Shown piece by piece: positions 18,148-26,600 of a stretch of DNA of 32,000 nucleotides (position 1 is the first letter of the stretch; every line of letters starts with the position of its first letter). The position numbers and the translations under genes are program-made. The notes beneath the pieces were generated by a model. It did not search any database. It worked only from the letters and a program-made list of their open reading frames with translations, and was not told the DNA's origin. The DNA comes from Longivirga aurantiaca (lineage in GTDB: Bacteria > Actinomycetota > Actinomycetes > S36-B12 > CAIYMF01): NCBI RefSeq assembly GCF_042660085.1, contig NZ_JBHSTI010000002.1:90001-122000 (forward strand). Reading direction: 5' to 3'.

Positions 18148-19206
18148 CTACGGGCGCCCCCCCTGGTCCGCAGTCCTGGATGGCCCGCCCCCGGTCGCCC
18201 CCCTGCTCCCGTCCCCCCGGGGTGACCCCGTGCGGGTCGTGGGCGCGTCCGGGTCGTCGACGGCCACATGGGTGCGGCAGAGCGTCTTCGCCGCGTAGCA
18301 GGCGAGATCGGCGCGCCGGATGGCGTCATCGAGGCCCTCGGAGCCGACGACGGTCTGGGCCGCCACCCCGGCGGAGAGCCCGAGCCGGACGACGGTGCCG
18401 TCGCACGAGAACTCGTGGCCCGCCACCGCGGCGACGAGCTCGCCCGCGACGACGACGGCGCGGTCGAGGCCGCACGAGTCGAGGATCACGACGAACTCGT
18501 CGCCGCCGATGCGCACGAGGTGGTCGTCCCTCCGGATCGCACCGCGCAGCACCTCGCCGATCTCCTGGATCACCGCGTCGCCGACAGCGTGCCCGTGCCC
18601 GTCGTTGATCGCCTTGAAGCCGTCGGCGTCGAGGAAGAGCACCGCCCGGCCGTCCCCCGTGCGACGACCGCCGATCCTGGCCAGGTAGTGACGGTTGTGC
18701 AGCCCGGTCAGGGCGTCGTGCTCGGCGAGGTGCAGCGCCGCGCGCAGCGTGCGACCGGCCGCGTCGCCGTCGCGCAGGGCGACCAGCACACCGTTCACGT
18801 GGCCGTCCTGGTCGGGCGGGCCCGCGGTGACCGGCGACAGGCGGCACTCGAGCTCCTCGCCGGTGACGGTGTGGCCCACGGCCTGCTCGGACACGCCCAG
18901 CGACACGGAGTCGCTGGTCATGAGCACGTGGAGGCAGGCGGTGCGCAGCCGCTCGGCGGCGTCGGTGTCGTCGGCCACCAGGTCGGCGATGCTGCGGCCG
19001 ACGGGCTCGGGGGCGCCGAGCAGGGCGGCGGCAGCGGGGTTGGCCCAGCGCACGCACAGGGTGGCATCGACGGCGAGCAGCGCGTCGGAGACGGCGTCGA
19101 GGATGCGGTCGGGGCGAACCCACGGGACCTCGGGCGGGGCGGATGCGGGAGCAGGTGCAGCGACGGACGGCGTCGCGCCATCGGTCAGCCGCATGCTCGT
19201 CGTCAC
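18148..19206 (-). CDS. PAS-like + GGDEF domain protein (probable diguanylate cyclase)
   Basis: PAS-like segment RILDAVSDALLAVDATLCVRWANPAAAALLG; GGDEF core VRIGGDEFVVIL; RRDD-5aa-GGDEF matches RxxD I-site spacing. GTG start proposed in ORF 18148..19374. Confidence 0.88.
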   Translation of the reverse strand: MTTSMRLTDGATPSVAAPAPASAPPEVPWVRPDRILDAVSDALLAVDATLCVRWANPAAAALLGAPEPVGRSIADLVADDTDAAERLRTACLHVLMTSDSVSLGVSEQAVGHTVTGEELECRLSPVTAGPPDQDGHVNGVLVALRDGDAAGRTLRAALHLAEHDALTGLHNRHYLARIGGRRTGDGRAVLFLDADGFKAINDGHGHAVGDAVIQEIGEVLRGAIRRDDHLVRIGGDEFVVILDSCGLDRAVVVAGELVAAVAGHEFSCDGTVVRLGLSAGVAAQTVVGSEGLDDAIRRADLACYAAKTLCRTHVAVDDPDAPTTRTGSPRGDGSRGATGGGPSRTADQGGRP

Positions 19207-19250
19207 GGTGTCCGACCCCCTTGTCTCCCCGATGGAGCCCCGTCGCCCCC

Positions 19251-19275
19251 ACCTGCATGGTCTAGCCATGCAGGT
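19251..19275. promoter_or_regulatory. Inverted repeat upstream of GGDEF gene
   Basis: acctgcatgg (19251-19260) / ccatgcaggt (19266-19275), 10 bp perfect, 5-nt spacer. Confidence 0.45.
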
Positions 19276-19328
19276 CGGGGCCCTGCTCCAGCATGACTGT
19301 CGGCGTACCGCCCGGTAACCGGGCGCTC

Positions 19329-19362
19329 CCCCGCGTCGGACCAGGGTTAGCCCGACGCGGGG
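19329..19362. terminator. Terminator-like hairpin downstream of LuxR-type gene
   Basis: ccccgcgtcgg (19329-19339) / ccgacgcgggg (19352-19362), 11 bp perfect, 16 nt beyond the minus-strand stop at 19378. Confidence 0.65.
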
Positions 19363-19377
19363 CAGCGGGCGCACCAG

Positions 19378-20055
19378 TCAGTCGAACGGTGCTGCGCGCG
19401 ACCTCAGGTAGATCACGGCGGCGGTGACGCGGCGGTCGAGGGAGTCCTGCCCCGTCAGCCCGAGCTTGCGGAAGATCACGGTGACGTGCTTCTCCACGGC
19501 CTTGACCGACAGGTTGAGCCGCGCTGCGATCGCGCCGTTGGAGGCTCCGTAGGCGAGGTTCTCGAGCACGTCGAGCTCGCGCACCGTGAGGTCGTCGATC
19601 TGTGGCCGGGTGTTCCGGTCGAGGAGGCTGGCGACGATCGAGGGCGAGAGAACCGTCTGGCCCGCCATGACCTGGCGCAGGGCGTCGATCACGACCTCGA
19701 TGCTCGGGAGATGCTCGTCCACGAGGTAGGCGATGCGGTCGGAGCCGCCGCGCAGGAGCTCGATCGCGAAGCCGTCGCCGCGGTCGGAGACCACGACGAT
19801 GCCGAGGCTGCGGCGACGCGCGTGCAGGTCGCGGGCGAGCGCGATGGTCGCCATGGTGCTGACGACGGGGGTGAGGACCGTGACCACGAGGACGTCGGGC
19901 TCCTCGGTCTCCACCAGCGTGGCCACCTGGTCGAGGTCCTGGGCCCGGCCCACGACCTCGATGTCGCGCTCGCGCAGGAGCGCGGCAAGCCCGTCGCCGA
20001 GCAGCAGGCTGTTGGCGGCGAGGACCACTCGCGGTCGCGCCGGTCCCGACTGCAT
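19378..20055 (-). CDS. LuxR/NarL-type regulator with degenerate receiver domain
   Basis: C-terminal LTVRELDVLENLAYGASNGAIAARLNLSVKAVEKHVTVIFRKLGLTGQD; receiver region reads VVLAANSLLLGDGLAALL...PDVLVVTVLTP. Confidence 0.85.
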   Translation of the reverse strand: MQSGPARPRVVLAANSLLLGDGLAALLRERDIEVVGRAQDLDQVATLVETEEPDVLVVTVLTPVVSTMATIALARDLHARRRSLGIVVVSDRGDGFAIELLRGGSDRIAYLVDEHLPSIEVVIDALRQVMAGQTVLSPSIVASLLDRNTRPQIDDLTVRELDVLENLAYGASNGAIAARLNLSVKAVEKHVTVIFRKLGLTGQDSLDRRVTAAVIYLRSRAAPFD

Positions 20056-20338
20056 GACCTCTCACCTCAGAGAGCTGGAAGCACTCCCGAAGTGGCCGGT
20101 CACGACAACGGCGAAAGCCCGTCACAACCGCCGGTCAACCCAAGGACTGCTTCGACCATACGCGCACCCGGGCGCGGTTGCCCGGGAGAGCCCGACGTTT
20201 CCGGTCATGGCCCTCCTGGGGAACCCTGCTGACCCCCCTGTGGGATGCGTGCTGACCCCCCCTTCGTCCAGGTGGCTGCTGCTACCGTCACGCCCGCGGC
20301 ACGCCGGTCGGGCGGCCGGAGTGAGGGGGAGGCTCCGG

Positions 20339-21817
20339 ATGGCGGACGTCGGCGTGGGGCGCGGCCTCGCCCGCCTCGTGGTCCCGGTCGCGCTCGCGGC
20401 CCTCGCGTCCGCGCTGGGCGCCGCTCCTGCGCAGGCCGAGGACGCCGACCTCGTCGTCATGACGCGCAACCTCTACCTCGGGGCCGACGTCAGCAGCGCG
20501 CTCGGGCTGCTGCCCGACCTGCCCGCCGCCGCGCAGGACATGTGGTCCCAGGTCGCGGCCACCGACTTCACCGCGCGCGTGCCCGTGCTCGCCGCCGAGA
20601 CCGTCGCCGCCCGGCCTGCCGTGATCGGCATCCAGGAGGCCACCACCTGGGAGTGCCGGCCGTCCGCGTTCGCGGGGACGACGGTGGTCTACGACTTCAC
20701 CCAGCAGTTCCTCGACGCCACCGCCGCCGCGGGGACGCCGTACGTGCTCGCCTCGGCGAACGGCCGCACGGCTCTCAACCAGGGCTACTCGATCCCCGCC
20801 ATCCCGCGTCTCACCCGCGTGGTCGACCCCGGGACCTTCCAGCCCCTCTTCGGCACCGACGAGGCCGACTGCGGCTTCACCATCGCCGATGCGCTCGCCG
20901 TCCGGGCGGACCTCGCCGGGCAGGTGCTCGACGTCGGCACGGTGGAGTACGAGAACGCGGCCGCGATCGTGCCGGTGCTCATGGAGGTGCAGCGCGGCTA
21001 CGCGTGGGCCGACATCCGGATCGGGTCGACGCCGGTGCGCTTCGTGACGACGCACCTCGAGGCCTTCTGGAAGCCCGGGGCCATCCCGGCCTCGGCCGAG
21101 CAGGCGCGCCAGCTCGTGCGCGATCTCGCCGAGGTCAGCATGCCGCTCGTGGTGATGGGCGACTTCAACAGCGACCCGCGTGATCCGCGCACCCCGGGCG
21201 ACAACCCCGGCGGGCAGCCCGAGGCCACCGGCGACTGCCCCGCGCAGTCGGGCACCGACGGCGCCTGCAGCGCCTACTGGACGATGATCGGCGCCGGCTA
21301 CACCGACTCCGGGCCGGATGCGACCGACCCGCTCAACCTCAGCTGGGGCGCGAGCGGCCTGCTCGCCGGGCCGGACCTCGACCGGCTCGCCGCGGCCAAG
21401 GCCATGGGCAACCCGTACGGCATGACCGACCGGCTCGACTACGTCTTCACGCGCAACGGCGTCACGGTGCGCCAGGCCGCGCTCGTGGGCAACGACTGGC
21501 CTACCGAGGGCGGCACCTGGGCGTGCACGACGCAGGCGCAGAGCGAGAACGCCGAGGCTGCGGCGAAGGCCATGGGTGCGACCGTCCCCGCGTCGGGTGC
21601 CTGCCTGCCCACCGACCACGCCGGCGTCGTCGCGACGCTGGCCGCATCGGCTTCCGACGTCGTCGACCCGCCGCTGCCCGAGCGCGTCGGATTCCCGTTG
21701 ACCCGTTGGGCTGTCGGGATCGGTGCCCTGGTCCTGCTCGTGCTCGCGGTGCGCGGGCTCGTACGGCGTCGGCGCCGCCGCAAGGCCGCGAAGCGGGCCG
21801 CGCGCGGCACGGCGTAG
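20339..21817 (+). CDS. Secreted, probably membrane-anchored endonuclease/exonuclease/phosphatase-fold protein
   Basis: Signal peptide ending APAQAED; LVVMTRNLYLGADV, VIGIQEAT, VVMGDFNSDP, RLDYVF, PTDHAG motifs; C-terminal TM + RRRRRRKAAKRAAR tail. Confidence 0.85.
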   Translation: MADVGVGRGLARLVVPVALAALASALGAAPAQAEDADLVVMTRNLYLGADVSSALGLLPDLPAAAQDMWSQVAATDFTARVPVLAAETVAARPAVIGIQEATTWECRPSAFAGTTVVYDFTQQFLDATAAAGTPYVLASANGRTALNQGYSIPAIPRLTRVVDPGTFQPLFGTDEADCGFTIADALAVRADLAGQVLDVGTVEYENAAAIVPVLMEVQRGYAWADIRIGSTPVRFVTTHLEAFWKPGAIPASAEQARQLVRDLAEVSMPLVVMGDFNSDPRDPRTPGDNPGGQPEATGDCPAQSGTDGACSAYWTMIGAGYTDSGPDATDPLNLSWGASGLLAGPDLDRLAAAKAMGNPYGMTDRLDYVFTRNGVTVRQAALVGNDWPTEGGTWACTTQAQSENAEAAAKAMGATVPASGACLPTDHAGVVATLAASASDVVDPPLPERVGFPLTRWAVGIGALVLLVLAVRGLVRRRRRRKAAKRAARGTA

Positions 21818-21871
21818 ACCGGCTGGTCGCCCGCCTCGGGGGACGCCGGTGGCGTTCGACAGGATGGCGAC

Positions 21872-22720
21872 GTGATCGCCGTCGTGCTCGGGCTGACCAC
21901 CGCGCTGGCCTGGTCGATCAGCACGGTCTCGTCGTCGCGCTCGGTGAAGGTGCTCGACCAGTACAGCGTCGTCGCCTGGGCCATGCTGATCGGCCTCGTA
22001 CTGACGCTGCCGTTCGCGCTCGGCGGCGGCGTTCCGGCAGCGCTCAGCGGCATGAACCTCCTGTGGTTCGCCCTCGCCGGCCTCGGCAACATGGGCGGCC
22101 TGCTGCTGGTGTACGCCGCGCTCAAGGTCGGCAAGGTCGGCCTGGTCGCGCCCGTGGCGGCCACCGAGGGGGCCGTCGCCGCGGTCGTGTCGTCGGTGCT
22201 CGGCGAGTCCCTCGCCCCTCTCGTCGTGCTGGGGCTCGCCGTCATCGTGGTCGGTGTCGTCGTCTCCTCCGTGGCACCTGACCCTGCGCCCATCGAGCAC
22301 GAGCGCCCGGTGCGCGCCGTGCTGCTCGCAACGTGCAGCGCCGTGGTGTTCGGGCTCGCGCTCTACTCGATCGGGCGGCTGAGCGGCGAGCTTCCGGTGG
22401 CATGGGCCTCGCTGCCGCCACGGCTCGCCGGCGTGGTGGTGCTCGTCATCCCCCTCGCGATCACAGGCCGGCTGCGGATGAACCGCGCGGCGGCGCCGTA
22501 CGTCGTCACGACGGGGATCATGGAGGTCGTCGGCTTCACGTCCTTCGCCTTCGCCGCTCGCGACAGCGTCGCCATCGCGTCGGTGCTCGCCTCGCAGTTC
22601 GCCACCATCGCGGCCGTGATCGCATACGTGGTCTACCGAGAACGCTTGGGGCGCCTGCAGATCCTCGGCGTGGCCCTCGTGGTCGGCGGCGTCACGGCTC
22701 TCGCTCTGCTCTCAGCCTGA
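21872..22720 (+). CDS. EamA/DMT-family transporter
   Basis: About 10 hydrophobic segments in two homologous halves; LGLTTALAWSISTVSSSRSVK, VLASQFATIAAVIAYVVYRERLGRLQILGVALVVGG. Confidence 0.82.
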   Translation: MIAVVLGLTTALAWSISTVSSSRSVKVLDQYSVVAWAMLIGLVLTLPFALGGGVPAALSGMNLLWFALAGLGNMGGLLLVYAALKVGKVGLVAPVAATEGAVAAVVSSVLGESLAPLVVLGLAVIVVGVVVSSVAPDPAPIEHERPVRAVLLATCSAVVFGLALYSIGRLSGELPVAWASLPPRLAGVVVLVIPLAITGRLRMNRAAAPYVVTTGIMEVVGFTSFAFAARDSVAIASVLASQFATIAAVIAYVVYRERLGRLQILGVALVVGGVTALALLSA

Positions 22721-22818
22721 GGTGTCAGGGGGCGGGGGCTCCGGCTGCCGAGCCGAGCGGTGGTCCAGACTCGTCCCGACCGCGAGCGCCACCGCACCGG
22801 GAAGGTCCAGGCAAGCCC

Positions 22819-23628
22819 ATGAGCTCCAGCAGCACCGTCGTCCTCGAGTCCGAGGTCGTGCCGTCGCACCCGGGCCCGCGCACCGGCCCGCGGGTGAACG
22901 TGCTCGTGTCGCTCAACTTCCCGGACATGAACGGGCACGTCGCCGACCTCGTGCGCCGCTTCACGCGGGTCGCGCTCGAGGAGCTGGCGGGGCTCGGCTT
23001 CGACTGGCGGCTGGTCGACACCTCGGCGCCGCTCCCGCCGCTGCACGAGGTGCTCGACACCGACGCCGTGCTCGTGCTGGGCGGCGGCGACATCGACTCC
23101 GAGCTGTACGGCGTACCCGGCCCGGTGCCCCACGAGTACGGCGTCGACACCGCGGCCGACCTCTTCTCGATGGACGCGATCCGCGCGGCGGTGGAGGCGG
23201 ACGTCCCGCTGCTCGGGATCTGCCGGGGCGGGCAGCTGCTCAACCTCGCCTTCGGCGGCGGCATCGTGCCCGACCTCGACCCGTGGCACCTGCACAAGGG
23301 CGACTACGCGAGCGGGCTGTTCATCGACGAGCACGTGACGCTCGACGAGGGCACGCGGCTCGCTGCCATCCTCGGGCGGCGCGAGTGGATCGTGCGCGCA
23401 GGCCACCACCAGGCCGTCGCGGACGTCGCGCCCGCGCTGCGCCGGGCCGCGGTCGCCGACGACGGCGTGGTCGAGGCGGTCGAGCACCCGACCGCGTGGG
23501 CCGTCGGCGTGCAGTGGCACCCGGAGGACGACGAGGGCTCCGGGGAGGACCGCGCGCTCCTCTGGACGGCGCTGCGCCAGGCGGCCGTCGTCCGCGCCGC
23601 CGACCGCGCGGGGGCGCTCACCGACTGA
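22819..23628 (+). CDS. Class I glutamine amidotransferase / gamma-glutamyl hydrolase family protein (PuuD-like)
   Basis: DTDAVLVLGGGDIDSELYG, nucleophile LLGICRGGQLLNLAFGG, catalytic His region VGVQWHPEDDE. Internal ATG in ORF 22333..23628. Confidence 0.88.
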   Translation: MSSSSTVVLESEVVPSHPGPRTGPRVNVLVSLNFPDMNGHVADLVRRFTRVALEELAGLGFDWRLVDTSAPLPPLHEVLDTDAVLVLGGGDIDSELYGVPGPVPHEYGVDTAADLFSMDAIRAAVEADVPLLGICRGGQLLNLAFGGGIVPDLDPWHLHKGDYASGLFIDEHVTLDEGTRLAAILGRREWIVRAGHHQAVADVAPALRRAAVADDGVVEAVEHPTAWAVGVQWHPEDDEGSGEDRALLWTALRQAAVVRAADRAGALTD

Positions 23629-23648
23629 CCGGTGACCGTCTTGTGGGC

Positions 23649-23679
23649 ATACCACGGTCTGGCTAAGGTCTATTGGTAT
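23649..23679. promoter_or_regulatory. Local low-GC candidate promoter/operator upstream of the Fe-ADH gene
   Basis: atacca (23649-23654) ... tggtat (23674-23679) in gcataccacggtctggctaaggtctattggtatag. Confidence 0.35.
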
Positions 23680-23762
23680 AGGGAGAGAACCTCTTCGACG
23701 CGGTCCGCACCCCGGACGGACGTCGCCGTCCTCGTCGAGCCACCGTCGCCGGAGCAGCCCAC

Positions 23763-24947
23763 ATGACCAGCACCGTCCCGCCCTTCGCCAACCACCTCCC
23801 GGTGCGGATCCGCTTCGGCGACGGCCGAGCCGCCGAGCTCCCCGCGGTGCTGGCCGAGCTCGGTGCGACCCGTGCCCTCGTGATGCTCGACGAGGGCATC
23901 GAGCGCTTCAACCCGGCGGTCGCGGCGCTGCTCGACCTGCTCGACTCCACGGACGGCCTCACCGTGACGCGCTTCGCCAAGCCCGCGGGCGAGCCCACGG
24001 TCGCGATGGTCGACGCCGCGATCGCGGGTCTCGCGGCGGCGGACGCCGACGTCGTCGTGGCGATCGGCGGCGGCTCGGTGATCGACACGGCGAAGGCCGC
24101 GCGGCTGTGCGCCGACCAGGGCTGCACGTTCGCGGAGTTCCTCGCCTCCGAGCGGCGCTACCCCGAGCCCGTGCTCCCGCTGGTCGCGCTGCCCACGAGC
24201 GCCGGCACCGGGTCTGAGGTGTCGGGCGGCGCCGTCGTGTCCGACCCGGACGCCGGGCGCAAGGCAGGCATCGCCAACGCGAACCTCCGGGCCCAGGTGG
24301 CGATCGTCGACCCGGTGCTGACCCACAGCATGCCGCCGAGCATGACCGCGAACACGGGTATCGACGCCCTCGCCCAGGCGATCGCGGGCATGGTCGCGAA
24401 GGTGCGCACGCCGATCGGCGACGCGATCGCCCTCGAGGCCATCCGCATGATGGGCCGGTCGCTCGTCGCCGCCTACCGCGACGGCTCCGACGCCGTGGCC
24501 CGCTCGGAGATGGCGTGCGCCAGCATGATGGCCGGGCTCACGATGAACCTCTCGGACTGCACGGCCGAGCACTCGCTGGGGCAGGCCATCGGCGGCCTCA
24601 GCCACGCACCGCACGGGCTCACCATCGGGCTCGTGCTCGTCGAGACGCTGGAGCGCGAGCGCCACCACGTTCCGGAGCAGCTCGAGCGCGTCGCCGACGC
24701 CCTGGGCGCGCCGGACGACGGCACGCGCGACGGCAGCCGTGCGGTCGAGGCGGTCCGCGCGATCATCACCGCCCTCGACTTCCCCGTGCTCTCGAGCCTC
24801 GGCTTCACCGAGGACGACGTCGACCGGCTCGCCGACGCGGCGCTGGACGACTTCTTCATCACGATGGCGCCCGAGCCGTGGACCCGGGACGAGGTGCGCG
24901 CGGCGTTCCTGTCCGCCCTCGCGCTCACCTCGCGCACCGCGGCCTGA
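23763..24947 (+). CDS. Iron-containing alcohol dehydrogenase
   Basis: DVVVAIGGGSVIDTAKAARL, LPTSAGTGSEVS, metal-binding His region AEHSLGQAIGGLSHAPHGLTIG. Confidence 0.93.
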   Translation: MTSTVPPFANHLPVRIRFGDGRAAELPAVLAELGATRALVMLDEGIERFNPAVAALLDLLDSTDGLTVTRFAKPAGEPTVAMVDAAIAGLAAADADVVVAIGGGSVIDTAKAARLCADQGCTFAEFLASERRYPEPVLPLVALPTSAGTGSEVSGGAVVSDPDAGRKAGIANANLRAQVAIVDPVLTHSMPPSMTANTGIDALAQAIAGMVAKVRTPIGDAIALEAIRMMGRSLVAAYRDGSDAVARSEMACASMMAGLTMNLSDCTAEHSLGQAIGGLSHAPHGLTIGLVLVETLERERHHVPEQLERVADALGAPDDGTRDGSRAVEAVRAIITALDFPVLSSLGFTEDDVDRLADAALDDFFITMAPEPWTRDEVRAAFLSALALTSRTAA

Positions 24948-24959
24948 CGGGCGCGTGCC

Positions 24960-26600
24960 ATGACGGGTCACGACGAGAACCTGGACCTCGACGTCGTCGT
25001 GGTCGGGGCCGGCTTCTCCGGCCTGTACATGCTGCACCGGCTGCGCGGGCTCGGCCTGCGGACCCGTGTGATCGAGAGGGCGCCGTCGGTCGGCGGCACC
25101 TGGTACTGGAACCGCTACCCGGGCGCCCGGTGCGACATCGAGAGCATCGACTACCAGTACTCGTTCAGCGAGGAGCTGCTGCGGGAGTGGCGCTGGTCCG
25201 AGAGGTACGCCGCCCAGCCGGAGATCCTCGCCTATCTCGAGCACGTGGCCGACCGCTTCGACCTGCGCCGCGACATCACCTTCAGCACGTCTGTCACGTC
25301 CGCCGTCTACGACGAGGCGGCCGCCTGCTGGATGGTCACCACCGATGCGGGCGAGGTGCTCTCGGCTCGGTGGTGCGTGATGGCGACGGGCAACCTGTCC
25401 GTGGTGCAGCCGCCGAGGATCCCGGGGCTCGACTCGTTCCGGGGCCGCTGGCTGCACACCGGCGAGTGGCCGACCGAGCCGGTCGACCTCGCCGGCAAGC
25501 GCGTCGCCGTGGTCGGCACGGGCTCGTCCGGCATCCAGGCCGTCCCCGTGATCGCGCGCACGGCGGCGATGGTGCACGTCCTGCAGCGGACGCCGAACTA
25601 CAGCATGCCCGCGCACAACCGGCCGCTCGCGAGCGAGGAGATCGAGGAGGCGGTGCGCACGTTCGCCGAGCGCCGCCGCATCTGCGAGTGGTCCGATGCC
25701 GGCACCCCGCTCGCCCCGCCCACGACCCGGGCCGTGGACGCCACCCCCGAGGAGCGGCGCGCCAGGTACGAGGAGGGTTGGAAGCGGGGCGGGATCAGCT
25801 CGCTGTCGTTCGCGTTCACCGACATGTTCACCGACGAGGTCGCGAACGGCTACGCGCAGGACTTCGCGCGCGAACAGATCCGCAGCATCGTCCACGACCC
25901 CCGCACCGCCGAGCTGCTCTCGCCGACGCACCACATCGGCACGAAGCGCACCTGCACCGACACCGGCTACTTCGAGACCTACAACCGCGACAACGTCGAG
26001 CTCGTGGACGTGCGGACCGACCCCATCGTGGAGATCACGCCCGACGGCATCCGCACCCGTGACCGGCAGATCGACGTCGACGTGATCGTCTTCGCCATCG
26101 GGTTCGACGCGATCACGGGTGCGCTCGCCGAGATCGACCTCCGCGGCCGCGACGGCGTGCGGCTGCGGGACGCGTGGGCCGAGGGGCCGCAGACGTACCT
26201 CGGGCTGCAGACGGCCGGGTTCCCGAACCTGTTCCTGATCACCGGACCGGGCAGCCCGTCGGTGCTCAGCAACATGGTGGTGTCGATCGAGCAGCACGTC
26301 GACTGGGTGGCCGACTGCATCGACCGCCTGCGCGCGGACGGGCTCGACACCATCGAGCCGACCCTCGAGGCGCAGCAGGCGTGGATGCGCCACGTCGACG
26401 AGCTCGCCCAGCCCACGCTCTACCCTCGGGCGACCTCCTGGTACCTCGGCACCAACATCCCCGGCAAGCCCCGGGTGTTCAACGTGTACGTCGCGGGCTG
26501 CGGGCCCTACCGGCAGGAGTGCGACGACGTCGTGGCTGCCGGCTATCGCGGCTTCGTCAGGGGACGGCAGGGGAACGAGTCGCAGAGGAGCGGGTCATGA
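24960..26600 (+). CDS. Baeyer-Villiger-type flavin monooxygenase
   Basis: FAD Rossmann VVVVGAGFSGLYMLHRL; BVMO fingerprint FRGRWLHTGEWP (FxGxxxHxxxWP); NADPH Rossmann VAVVGTGSSG; VIVFAIGFDA. Confidence 0.92.
   Translation: MTGHDENLDLDVVVVGAGFSGLYMLHRLRGLGLRTRVIERAPSVGGTWYWNRYPGARCDIESIDYQYSFSEELLREWRWSERYAAQPEILAYLEHVADRFDLRRDITFSTSVTSAVYDEAAACWMVTTDAGEVLSARWCVMATGNLSVVQPPRIPGLDSFRGRWLHTGEWPTEPVDLAGKRVAVVGTGSSGIQAVPVIARTAAMVHVLQRTPNYSMPAHNRPLASEEIEEAVRTFAERRRICEWSDAGTPLAPPTTRAVDATPEERRARYEEGWKRGGISSLSFAFTDMFTDEVANGYAQDFAREQIRSIVHDPRTAELLSPTHHIGTKRTCTDTGYFETYNRDNVELVDVRTDPIVEITPDGIRTRDRQIDVDVIVFAIGFDAITGALAEIDLRGRDGVRLRDAWAEGPQTYLGLQTAGFPNLFLITGPGSPSVLSNMVVSIEQHVDWVADCIDRLRADGLDTIEPTLEAQQAWMRHVDELAQPTLYPRATSWYLGTNIPGKPRVFNVYVAGCGPYRQECDDVVAAGYRGFVRGRQGNESQRSGS

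Noticed and set aside
19733-20338. N-terminal extension of the EEP ORF (19733 start)
   Set aside because: The extension is antisense to a LuxR-type gene and precedes a normal signal peptide; the ATG at 20339 is preferred.
23670-26393. 907-aa minus-strand ORF antisense to Fe-ADH and BVMO
   Set aside because: Low-complexity His/Arg/Asp/Ala-rich translation with no domain motif, exactly opposite two well-supported enzymes. Typical long shadow ORF of high-GC DNA.
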